Source of the DNA: Klebsormidium nitens
Lineage: Eukaryota; Plantae; Klebsormidiophyceae
Assembly (NCBI GenBank): GCA_000708835.1
Contig: DF237034.1
Coordinates: 62,001 to 126,000 of the forward strand
DNA length: 64,000 nucleotides
Direction of reading: 5' to 3'
In this document: in pieces, positions 1 through 11,288 of the stretch
Numbering within the stretch: the first letter of the stretch is position 1
Layout: the number at the start of each line of letters is the position of its first letter
Position numbers and translations under genes: made by a program
The notes under the pieces: generated by a model
Seen by the model: the letters and a program-made list of their open reading frames with translations, nothing else
What the model was told of the DNA's origin: nothing
The model's database searches: none

Positions 1-966
1 GGCTCGACGCGGCGCAGCTGCACATGGTCTTCCAGCTGAGTGCCTGCAGGAGAAGGGCAGTGGTTCGCACCAAGAAAGTGAGGTGGAGGGCCAAGCAGCA
101 CAACGAGTTGAGGGCAGGAGTGATGATCATCTGCTATGCAATATGGAGCTGAGTGTTTGCCCTTCAGAGAGTGGGGCTTACCCATGCTGCGGAAGGCTGC
201 CCGGTACGCCTGGGGCATCAAGAGCAAGCTGCAACAAGGAGCGAGGTGGACTTAGGGGGGAAAACACAAGCAGTGCACAATCACAATCGTGCCGCTACAA
301 GCCACCGCGTCTTTCTCCAATCATTGAACCGCCAATGCAGGGGCGTCATATTGTGGTCAACCTCAAGGTCCGGCGTACCTGGGCCCTGTATCAAACCGAT
401 GCCCGCCTTCCTCAATAGTTTGCAGGCGTCCACCAATATCAGCATTTTTCTCAATGATGGTCACTTCAACACGTGACCTGCACAGCACAAAGGAACATGA
501 AGGACAAGACAAACATAGTTATGTGGTGATCAAATTGGGGTTGTTAAAATTGGAAGCTTCTTGCCATTTTCACAATGAGGAGGGGCCCGTAGCGTGCTCA
601 GACTTTGAGAGCTCGGATCCCTCACCCCAGTTTGTGAGCCAGTACTCCGCTGACGACCAAACCGCCCACCCCTGCTCCAACAACAACAATCTGGAGGGGA
701 TCCTTGCCACCACGTTGCAACCTGCCAGAGCTTGCTGGCGCAGCATTCTGCATGCAGCAGACAACCCCGGTTCGCAATGCGAGTTTCCTGCTGCAAGCGA
801 GCTCACGGGTCAGCGTAGGTTTCTTACAGTTCTTGTGGTCCCTGCAAAGCAACAGTGTACGCGGTGGCGGGTGCAGCCGGGAGCTCCTAAGCGTCCTGAA
901 TCGAATCGTTGCATGGTGGAGGGCGGGGAAAAGGCCATCAGGACTTGAACCAACAATCACATCCAT
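1..966 (-). CDS. crtI: CrtI-family (bacterial/fungal-type) phytoene desaturase-like FAD oxidoreductase, 5' part only (gene runs off the left edge)
   Basis: Exons 966-626, 477-379, 228-182 and 43-1 (all GT-AG, in phase) give ...LQIVVVGAGVGGLVVSGVLAHKLGSRVEVTIIEKNADIGGRLQTIEEGGHRFDTGPSLLLMPQAYRAAFRSMGTQLEDHVQLRRVEP. This has a Rossmann GxGxxG, E-K-x4-GGR and RFDxGPSLLL, typical of CrtI/CrtN/Al-1/CarB. A ~95-aa N-terminal extension rich in R/S/L looks like a transit peptide. First ATG is at 966 (the track ORF starts at a TTG at 1017). Confidence 0.8.
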
Positions 967-1483
967 CCGCTTGGAATTGAATCTTTGGCAGAGGGTGTCC
1001 GAGCGGAAAGGCGGCAACCAGCCCTTACTACTTTACAGGGCACCAGCTAAAGGTGGTACTAGTAGGTATCTTGAAGGATGCTGTGCACAATGCTGGCCAG
1101 CATCCAGCTTTCTGAAAGCTGCATTGCTGGACAGCAGAAAATTAGGGTTTCGGGACAGCAAGCAAGAGCTCTTCAAACTTTTTGATCAGCTCGACAAAAG
1201 TTCACCCCGTGCACGGCAGGAGGGGGACCGGAGGCGACCACAAATCTGCCTTCCGAATTTACTTGAGAACACTAAAAGCAGACTTCAGTCGCTGCAAAGC
1301 CTGCAAAGAATCGCATGGGAGTTCTCGCTATGCCGCATGCGTTTGGTTTTGGACAAAGCTGTGAAGAGAAAGGAGAGAAAAGACCAAAGGCCCTGGAGGG
1401 CGCTTGTTGCAGGCACTTCGGAGCTTAGCAGAAGTTGTAAAGTTGTCTGATCGTCTGATCGTGAAGCTGCGGTGCTGGTGACC

Positions 1484-4400
1484 ATGGCGAGTACAGCGGT
1501 GCAAGGGAACGGAGGCCTTTCTGGAGCAATCTCTCCCAACGGGACAAAGACAAGGGCGGGTAATCGGACATCTGGAGGTGCCGAGAAAGATGCTGACAGC
1601 CCCCGTCTCTTTGTAGGGCAGGTGAGGTGTTCTTCATGAGTCCTCCGGTACTTTGGACTTTGGCTCGGACATGTTGTGAGCAGGTTCGCATCGATTGGAT
1701 CTCAAAAGGTTCCAATGCGCTGACCACAGTATAATCAATTTGCAGGCGTTTCTTTTCTTGCTCTTGACATGTACCTAAGCCATTCTCCTCTTCTTGGCAG
1801 ATTGGCAATAAGCCAAATGAGGCGGAATTGAAACAGTTGTTTGATAACATTGGCGAGGTAGTGCAGTTCCAAGTACTGAGGGACAAGAAGACTAAGCAGA
1901 CCAAAGGTAAGTTTCCAGATCCATGCTCTTTTACTATTTATTGAGTTATTGAGGAACTTTACAGGGTAACGGTTTGTAACATGTTGTTGGGCTGGTCAGC
2001 TGAGCCTTTCTCAGGCACTGGTCTTCGGTACCTGTGGCATCTACTGGTAGACTGACAGGCTACCACGATAGGGGTTTATATTTGCTGTCCATTTCTGAGA
2101 AGGTTTCCTGTCTACTCATTTTTGTGCGAGTAGTTTGCAAAGTGGTGTGGTCCAAAGGTTGTTTGGTAATCTGTTTCACCTTTTCTGTATTTTAAACTTC
2201 ATGCACTGCTTTGAGCAGCGGCAATACTTTGACAAAACAAGCGAGTAGTTGTAGGTTTGACATGCGCAGAGTCCCTGCTCTTTGACTATCACATTCTGCA
2301 TTAAGGGAATTCTTGACATACAACTAAAGTGCCTCTGTCATATACTTAAGGTGACTCCAGACTGGAGTCCAGAAAATTATTTTTTGGCCTTTCTTGGGTG
2401 CCATCTTACCTCATTGGGGCGCACCTACCAGAATCGGTGCGCCAGTCATCAGAGGTTGTGCTGATGCTCAGCATCCTGCCTTGAACGTCTACCGTGGACG
2501 TCGTGGTGGACCGGCCCACCATCACCTTATCCGCATTCAGAGTTCTGATGAGGTGCCTTGCCCTTGGTGGATTTCCTCTTTCCTGGTTGTCACTCAATAG
2601 CACCGGATGGTGCACGATCAGTAGCATCTTGCCTTCCAGACCTCAGAATCATAATCATCTTGTTCACTGTTGTGAACAAACACCCCTGTGAAGCTGATCT
2701 GGGGCTTCACAGACTTTGAATTCCATGCTGACAGTTGCATCCTGAAAAGGGCTCTAAGCAGGCGATCATTCCGCAAGCTTTTAAAAAGATACTGTACCAG
2801 TCCTTGATGATACAAGGAACTCGATCAGAGGTATCTTCAGGCCAGGCTGTTTCGTTGGTGAACAAGTCCTTTTGATGGTGCACTTGTGGTCTTCTACTTG
2901 GTCAGAGGACATCTGCGTTGATATTTTCGCAACAGAAAGTATTTCACATGGCAATCTCTGCCCTATGGCACTGCAATTTGCCTCCAGCGACAGAGAGGCA
3001 GTGGTTGCTTTTCTTACTTGCGGCCTCACGTTAACCAGGCTCAGAAATCCACAAACAGGGCATCCTGCAGGAGATGTGTGCAACACGCGCTTTGTCATCT
3101 TCGTTGGCTCGTTGAGCAGACGGAGCTTGACAATGAGCATACGGGCAAAAGGCTGGTGTTTGCCAGCAAGTGCCTGTGCCCCGTACCTTGAGTATCTCCT
3201 CTCCGGTGTCTGCCGTTCTCATGACCGCAAGCGGTGCCTGTTTGAACTTCAGAGGTCACGTTGAATTTGCAGGCTGCTGTTTTGTGGCTTACCGCACCCG
3301 GGCAGATGCTGAGAAAGCCATAGCGTCGCTACACGAAAAGCATACCATTGCGCCAGTACGTGATGGTCGTCAATCTTTTCCTTCTTATCCCTCCTACATG
3401 CTTTCAGAAAGTTTACGCTAGCGAGTCTTGGCTTGGTGACAGCTGTCCTTTGGATTGTTCCTTCTTACCGTTTGCAGTTAATCTTGCAAGTAGCAATCCC
3501 ACGGGCGGTTGGGCGTTTTTGGATTGAGAGATTCGAGCCAACAATTCTTTCTAGACCAGCATGCGAAGGACCTTGTTGCCGCTCAATTTAGTTCCTGTCT
3601 TTGTGATTGACGGGTGTTATGAAAGTCACCGCAATGGAGAGATGGTTTCGAGCCTGCCATTTTAATGTGCAACTGTAGCTCCTCCTGGCTCAAGCTTTTT
3701 ATGTATGCTTGACGGTCATTCTGGACGTATTGCGCATATTGTTCGTGCACTCTATTTGTCTCCATTAGATTCTCCAGATGTGCTGCAAGTTCAATCTCAA
3801 ATGGTCCGTTGGGTCCATCGGGTGCATGTCCATTCTCCTGCTCATGCTTTTGTTTACCTGGTGGCCATTTGCCTGTACCTCACAGTCGTCCTGCTTTTCT
3901 GCAGAACCGGAAGCCACTGGTGGTACAATATGCCGCTGGAGAGCTGGACAGGATAGGTGAGTGAGCACATTGAGAAAAGTACTCTTTGTGGCAGAGATAT
4001 CGAGCCTTTGCACTGGGGTCGCTGCTGGAATGGAGTGGCAATAGGGATGATGCTGGTGTTTGATGGAGCTCACTTTGTCGGAGTGGTAGTTTGCTTGATT
4101 GAACATGTTTTCAGGGGACAAAGGTCGGGAGCAACTGTGATTGCATGGTATGGTCAGGGCCCCTCTTCTTTCAAAAGTGGTTAACATTATCATTGAGGAC
4201 TTTATTGAGCATCAGGGCTCTTTGGAGTGTGTGCTCAGTCTTGTGATCCTTGTGCAGAGAACAAGCTGTTCGTGGGGTCCTTGCCTCGTGAGCTGGATGA
4301 GGCAGCGCTGAGGGCCCTGTTCAGCCAGTTTGGCACCGTCAAGGAGATCTCGGCGCCCAGGCAGCCCGGTGGCCAAAGCAAAGGTGAGCACGGAAGGACT

Positions 4401-6978
4401 TGAGAATCATTCGATTATCTTGCCACAGTCGTTTTGGATTGTCCACCCTGTGTTGGGCTCTTACTGTGTATGTTCATGTCTGTTTCTTAGTCGGCCCTGT
4501 GCTCATGTCTGTTTTGCTTTGCGACTCTGCACCTTTGACCTGATTGCTGAGATGCTCTTGTTTTTCTCCGTTCAGGTTTCGGCTTTGTGAAGATGTCGGT
4601 GAAAGAGGAGGCTGCGAAGGCTATCGAGGGGCTCAATGAGAAGCATACGATGCCGGTGAGAGGCTGTCCTCTTTTCCTGCTTGTTGGAATATAAGCGTCA
4701 AACCATCGATGGTCCAATCATCCATGAAATACAAGCAATACAAGCTTATCTCTTCTTACGTCCAAGCTAGCCGAGCCTGGCTCCATGCTGTTCACCACTT
4801 CCTCCAATTGTGGACAATGGAACTTCAGGATGGCGGAGAGTTTGCCGTCAGACCTTGACACGTGCCTTCTGATACGCGAGGTGTGCTCACGCCGCAAGCA
4901 ATCGTTTCCAAGACACAGCACAACTTTGAAATCGGGCTTTTCCTTGCGTTTTGCTGGCAGGGCCAAAAGAAGCCGCTGGTGGTCAAGTGGGCTGACACCG
5001 AGGAGGGGCGTGCTCAGCGGATGGCGGCCAAGCAGGGGGCGCCCTTCGGAAGCCCGATGCAAGGGCCAATGCAAGGGGGTTTCCCCATGGGCCCCAACAT
5101 GGGCATGGGCATGGGCATGGGAGGACCGATGGGCGGGCCCATGGGGGGCTTCTCGCCCATGCGGCCACAGGGGGGGCCCTTCATCCAACAGCCTGGCATG
5201 AACTTCTCCCCACAGCAGCAGCAGCAACTGCCGCAGCAGGTGAAGCTTGCGGATTGCTTCGAATCCAACGGAATTGTCCGTCAATTGTACCTGCGTCATT
5301 GGCAGTTCTTCAATGGAAACTTGTAGTCTTCTACGAATGCTCGTTGACAGAACGCACGGAAGGAGAACGTGGACTCCAGTTTTCATTTCTGGACCCCCAC
5401 ACCGGTTGGCACTCTGCACACGCACCTCAGATTGACTCGGCTACATTTCGGGTCACCGGGTCATTTCTTCGGCAACTGGGAACATGGTGCTAGGTCTGAA
5501 AACCTGCATTCGAGCGCTCGGTGGAAGTCGGGCTGGTCGGTCAGCAGCAGGCTTTGAGTTACATTACCAGGGGTTATGCTTGGCCGCGCGCGTGACCAGC
5601 CCTACCTCAATCCGCTTGCGCACGCAACTTGACCAGTACCAACCGGTGTGGGGGTCTCGGACTGCAAACTGCAGTCCGCGTTCTCCTTCCATCCGTTCTG
5701 ACAGAGGACTGAATGCTTGTTGTTCAAGAGGGCTTGGTAATTCGTGCACAGAATTGCATTTGTCCGGAATTACGTCTACTCTTACTGGGGATGTCTGTTT
5801 CTGATCAGAGCCGGTCTGTGTGCTCAGATGGGTGGCGGGCCATCTCCTGTCATGGCCAACTTCGGCACCATGGCGAGCCAGGGCTTCATGGGGCTCCCCT
5901 CGAACAGCCCCCCCCTTGCATTCAACGCCCGCCCCGGCCTGCTCTCTGGTCCGGGATCCAGCATGCTGGGCAGCTTCGGCGTCAACCAGATGCAGCCGCA
6001 ACAGCAGGCGCCTCAGCAGGCGCTGCCCCAGCCAACCCAGACACAAGGTGAGGCGCATGGGGGCGTTTTTGATGTACCATTACCTGCTCGTTACTCGGTG
6101 CTTCAAATCTGTTCGTGCTTGTGTTGACACAGCTGTTTGCCCCACAGCTCCGTGCCATGCGTCCTTTTGCCCTTTGGCAAGTATTGCTGGGTTTGCTCAC
6201 AGTCAGTATTCCCCTATTCACAGCAGGCATCTCTTCCCCCAGCCCTGCGCAAGCTGCCCCAGGCCCTCAGGGGACGATGAGTCCCGCCTTCGTGACCAGG
6301 GTCCCTGGCCCCACCCCTCCCACGGGCCTGCCTGCCACTGCCTCTGCCGCGCAAGTAGCGGCCACGGTGGCGGGTACGGCGCTGGGTAAGGATTCGGTCG
6401 TCTCGTCACTGTTGTTCGAGGTCAGGGGTGTTTCTGAAGATGCGCTTTTGTTCAGACTTGCGGCTGAAGGATTGGGGATGAGAATGAGCTACTTCCCCAC
6501 TTGTAGTTTCATCTTTGGTTGGCCAGTGATATCCAACTGACTCAGAGGCACCCTTTTGTCAATGCAGGCACCCCAGGTGCGAGCCTGTTTGTCTACCACC
6601 TCCCTACCGAGTTCCGGGACAACGATCTGATGACCACCTTCTCCCCTTTCGGCAACCTCGTCAATGCCAAGGTCTTCATCGATCAGAACACGGGAGAAAG
6701 TAAAGGCTTTGGTGAGTGAGTTTGATTCACTGAGGAGGGTCAACTGCCTGCGTTGTGCCTTCTTCTCGAGTCAGCTGCGTTGCACCTAATCCTGATACTG
6801 CTTTAGCGAATCTTACTTGTCGGCAGATAAATTGACGGTTTACGCTTGTTTCGCAGGCACTGTGTCTTTCGACACCCCTGAGGCAGCCGAGGCGGCTGCG
6901 TCGGTGCTGGACGGTTTTGCACTTGGGGGGAAGACTCTCAAGGTTCAGGTGAAGAAGGAAGCGCCAAAGCCTTACTAG
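1484..6978 (+). CDS. BRN1: CELF/Bruno-like (BRN1/BRN2-type) RNA-binding protein with three RRMs
   Basis: 11 exons: 1484-1621, 1801-1906, 3273-3355, 3905-3956, 4258-4383, 4576-4655, 4961-5239, 5828-6047, 6227-6385, 6568-6711, 6857-6978. RRM1 PRLFVGQ...GCCFVAY; RRM2 [10 protein letters not shown]...GFGFVKM...[10 protein letters not shown]; a G/M/P/Q-rich linker; RRM3 [14 protein letters not shown]...SKGFGTVSFD...LKVQVKKE. This is the canonical CELF architecture. Confidence 0.93.
5345..5705. repeat. Long imperfect inverted repeat (foldback) inside CELF intron 7 (5240-5827)
   Basis: Manual pairing of arm ~5345-5415 with arm ~5635-5705 gives ~70 bp with ~9 mismatches and 3 G-U wobbles. It includes two 18-bp continuous helices (GGAAGGAGAACGTGGACT with one G-U; GACCCCCACACCGGTTGG all Watson-Crick). 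Weaker similarity continues inward to ~5460/5590. Confidence 0.9.
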
Positions 6979-8460
6979 GCATCTGTCGAGGGGTATGTTC
7001 ATTCGTTGGGTACTATCTCACCCGTCAATAGTTTCATCGCATCCCGCGGTGTCAGCAATCCGGCAGTAGACAGCAAGGCGTCATGCGAAGGTCGTTGTCC
7101 TTCTCAGACGTCCTTGCAGTATTCGATGAAGTTGCAAAGTTGGTTGGGACGATGAGCCCAGGCACCTATGGCGTTCATGACAGCAGGGGCCGTTCAGCTC
7201 TACTTCCTTGATGTTGTGGTCCATGCTTTTGGTCCTCTCATGGGTTCGCTTCAGGCTTCAATCATGCTCTACACATATACCCTGCCATGCATGCACTGAG
7301 AATCGTGAGTGGCATGCCTGTCGCCATGCCTTGTCCATACTTGTGGTCATGTGTGAAGAAAAGGCCTACAGCCTCGATTTGGCTGTAGAATACAGTGAGG
7401 TCAAAATAGTCACTGACTGTTGTCAGCACTCAACTGCATGGCCGTGTAATCAACGAACGATCTGTACCTAAACTTCGAAAGTTCGTTCCTATATGATTCA
7501 GGTCTAACACAATATGAGCATCATGCGTGCCATGATCCGACGCCATAATTGGAGTTGCTGCCCTCATGTGCTGCATGTCTGCCGGATGGCCTGCAGGCCC
7601 ATGGCCGCCCTGCATGCTCCAAACGGTTCATCATGGCATATGGCTCCAATGATACCGCGCGCGTCCGCGCCGCACATGGATCAATGATTTGCGAAATTGC
7701 AATATAATGTACAATTAGCTAGCTGCATGGTGATAGCTAGGGACCGCGCGTGTGGGGCCCCGCCAGTAAATGATAATGCATGCAAGCTATCCAAAAAAAA
7801 TCTTTGATATCTCAGTGTGGCACACGGCGTGAGCTCCAAACGCAGGTCGCCGCACTTAGGCCATGCAGCGCTGCAGCTCCGCATGGCCGAGCCTAGATCC
7901 GAATTGAATGCAAAGACGTCACGTAAGCAAAGTATCTGGCACACTTTGCAAGGTACAATGTATGTCGGTGGATACGTTCATCCAAGTGTCATTCATCATC
8001 AACGGGGCATGGATTTGAGCGGCTGCCAAACTGAAAGAGCTAGGGGTGGCTACGTCTCTCGACCTGCGATACCTGGTAGAGGCCCGGCCCTTCCATGGAC
8101 ACTTCATCGTTTTGGACGACTTGCAAAACCCTTTGCCCGGGCTCTGCAGAACGCAAATATAGATTCCAGAGTCTTGCAATCTAGAGCGTAAGGCTGACCA
8201 AACTTCGTATTACCGAACCTGCCGTCTTGGCTTTCGGGATGTACTGTAAGTTCGGTGTCCTGATCGCCCGCCCTGCCAAAAGATGTGCCCAATGCTTGCT
8301 GATCAAACACTTGGTCACTTTTAGCAATCTGAACAGCGAGTGACGGTAGAAAGGACACATCTCAAATGCAGACTGTCGGACTTCGGTTGCGGCCATTGTG
8401 GCTTGACAGATACTTTGCCAAGTTCACCTGTAGTATCCCTTCCGCAAAGAGACGCCAATA

Positions 8461-11288
8461 TCAAGAAAGTACCTCCTTTTCTATCTGCACTGTTAGATCT
8501 GCCACGCCCATGTTGTTGAAACAACTGTGTATATGCTTTAGGATCCGCTGCTCATCTGCATTTGCTCGTACCTGCAACATCAAAGAACGAACGCTCTTCG
8601 CTTACTGCAAAACAAGCAATTTGCTCAACCAACGACGACTACAATGGTTGACGAAGGCTTTGGCAAGGTGACGATTGGCTATGTCAAAAGTCGTATATAG
8701 TCGCTGAGTGACTCGAATCAAATTGTGATTGGAACACAGGTCGATATTCGGTACAGAAGCTCCTCCAGTGGTTCTCACCCTGACATGCAGCGTGCCAACC
8801 GTCGCTCCCGGCACCAGAGCCCAGAACTTGTGGTCCACGATGTCCAGCACGCCGTCACACCAGCGCGCCTCCCGCAGAGTCTTGTCGAGCGCCCCTGCCG
8901 TGATGCTGGGGGGCGTCGTCTGCAGCAGGACGGCCCCCGCCGCATAGAACAGCGGCAGGGTGATGTACAACACGAGGGCGGCCACAGCCGCCGCCACGAA
9001 CGTCTCAGCGTAAGGCAACCTGAAGGCAGTCAAGGCACGGGGGAGGAGATTAGATCCATCGTTTGGCCTAGGATTAAGAGGCGTACAAGCTTTTCACCCC
9101 GTTTGTTACTTGAGAATGACGAGGAGTTTGGAATACAAGCAGAGCGCCCAAGGCAACGACGGGGTGCAACTCGAAAGCAACGCGCTTGAAACTGCCTGGA
9201 TCGAATTGAGGAATCCTGTGAGATGAGCTCACCCGATTGCCAGCAACCAAGAGGCGAGGATGATGCCTCCACTCCTGATGGAGTCGGCCAAAACATGGAG
9301 AAAGATGGAGTGGTGGTTCATGTCTTGAGAGCGCCTATATACTGCACAGAGGACAAGAAACGGAGGGGTCAAAAATCGGAGAGCATGTCTAGAAGCGGGC
9401 TGAGCATGATTTCGATGAGAGCTGCGCAGATACACGGGCGACAGGATCCACTGGCGTCCCCCCAGTGTCCAGGCATGCTTCTGACGGCCGAGGCCTTGTT
9501 CGTTGGCAAATCGCAGACAGCAAAAGCGACTCACCAACTCGCACCCGGGCAAAGTGCCGGAAGAAGATGACCCCCAGAACGTTGACGACCAGATTGGTGG
9601 CAGCCGACAATGTCAAATAGTGCCTGCACCAGGGGCACAGGCGGTGGTGAGGTTGCGTGCCGGCAGCCTCTCAAATGACAAAACGAGATGAGGGGGCAAA
9701 CAAACGAAACAAACCCACGTTTTGTGCAGCCTCACGGGTGCAAAATGAGGATGAGAGCGCACCTGTGCTCGCTTTCGTCCTCAATGAAGGCTGTGAGAGC
9801 TTCTACTGAGAGGGAGAAGGACAAGAAGAGGAGGAAGAGCTGCACAACGAAAGAGAGACGTCAGCCAGAGTACTGCAACCGACGCGCATCAAGGCCGAAA
9901 TGCACCCCAAGGTTGGACCTTGACACAGAAACAGGTATTGTCGAAGCAGGATAATGTAACCAGCCAAATCTTGTCCCAGAGTTGGCAACATCTTTGGCTG
10001 ATTACCACACCCTTGAGCAGGTGTTTGCTAGCTCACCGCATTCGTGAAGCCCGCAAGCACCTCCAAGCGCTCATACCTGCAATCGTCGTGATACAACAGA
10101 ACTCTCAGGCGTCAAGTTTCGCACGCTTGCTCAAACAACCCTCATAACATGGGGATTCCACTGTAAGCCGTTGCAATACTACAATACTATTGTAGTTTCA
10201 CCTAACGGGTGAACAATCACCTCTCACCATCAAGCTCATGCATCGATCAATACGACCGGGGTGCTTACCCATAAGTGTACTTTGCATCGTGTGGCTGCCG
10301 CGATTTTGCCATGGCCACTAAAGACAGGGTCAGCACCCCGCAGCCAAACCACAAGTGGAAGGCATCCGAAACAAGGGCTGCAAGCAGATCAACAAATCAG
10401 ATTGTCAAAGTGCATATGCTAACGAAGAGCTCAGTCTTTTCTAGTGATTAAAAGCTTACAGCTCACAAACAAAGAAGCAAGCTGCAACCCCATCGAGGGT
10501 TGACCACAATGATTGCAAAAACCCTAGAGGCGACAGCACCGGGGCCACTCACTGATGCGGCTGGTGAGCAGGCCGTAGAGCATCTCCGCAGTGGAGAAGA
10601 CGGCGTTGATAGTGATGAAGGCAAACAGCTTCTTGGCGTCCCGGCTCTGGAAGCGCACCCTGTTCTGCAAAATTGCCAGCTTCCCGGGGGCGGAGTGCCG
10701 CTTGGCGCGTCCGGGTGTGTGCTGGCTGTCCAGGCTGGCGCGCCCCGTGTGGCTGGGTGTGCCGGACAGGCTGCGCCGCCGCGCCATGTCCTGCAGGTCC
10801 TGGATGGAGATGGACGTGGACGAGCTGGCGGGGTGGTCGCGCGAGGTGGGCGATGACACCCCGCTCTGGTTGCTGTAATTGCTGAAGGAGGGGGTGGCAG
10901 GGGAGGGCAAGTACGACACTGGGGTGCTGGGGCCAGAGGGGGGCTGCAGGGCGAGCGGGGACTTGCCAGGGCCCAGGGACGCGGCGTAAGAGAAGGGGGT
11001 GATGCTGGGAGGGGGGGTGCTGGGGACGTAGGGCAATGCATGGCTGGGACCGGGGCCGCGCGGGCGGGGCGAGAGAGGCGGGCGGGGGGAGTGGAGGGGG
11101 CTCTGGCTGAAGCGGGATGGGGGGTGAGGGGGGAGATTGCGGGAGGGGGGAATTGGAGAATGGAGGGGTGAGCTGGAGGCGCTGTACATGGCTGGGCCAG
11201 GGCCCGCCGGGGAATTGCTGCCGCTGGACGGGGGGGTACCAGCTTCCTCGCTCGAAAGCCGCCGCACGGACAAAGGAAGGGACTCCAT
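8461..11288 (-). CDS. MTP5: Cation diffusion facilitator, MTP5/ZnT6-type zinc transporter subunit with a long Pro/Ser-rich N-terminus
   Basis: Spliced peptides: KKLFAFITINAVFSTAEMLYGLLTSR, ALVSDAFHLWFGCGVLTLSL, YERLEVLAGFTNA, LSVEALTAFIEDESEHR, SAATNLVVNVLGVIFFRHFAR, DMNHHSIFLHVLADSIRSGG, FWALVPGATVGTLHVR. The last exon (8570-8461) reads VRANADEQRILKHIHSCFNNMGVADLTVQIEKEVLS*. The order is collinear with plant MTP5. Confidence 0.92.

Noticed and set aside
704-1450. 248-aa + strand ORF spanning the crtI 5' exon and the promoter
   Set aside because: It has no recognisable motifs, overlaps a well-supported - strand exon and the CELF 5' region, and is best read as a chance or shadow ORF.
5254-6058. 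Two opposite-strand ORFs (5254-5493 +, 5564-6058 -) sharing [10 protein letters not shown]...DPHTGW, suggesting a duplicated protein
   Set aside because: The shared peptide is a by-product of the intronic inverted repeat. Differences between the copies are mostly non-synonymous, and both lie in or antisense to the CELF gene.
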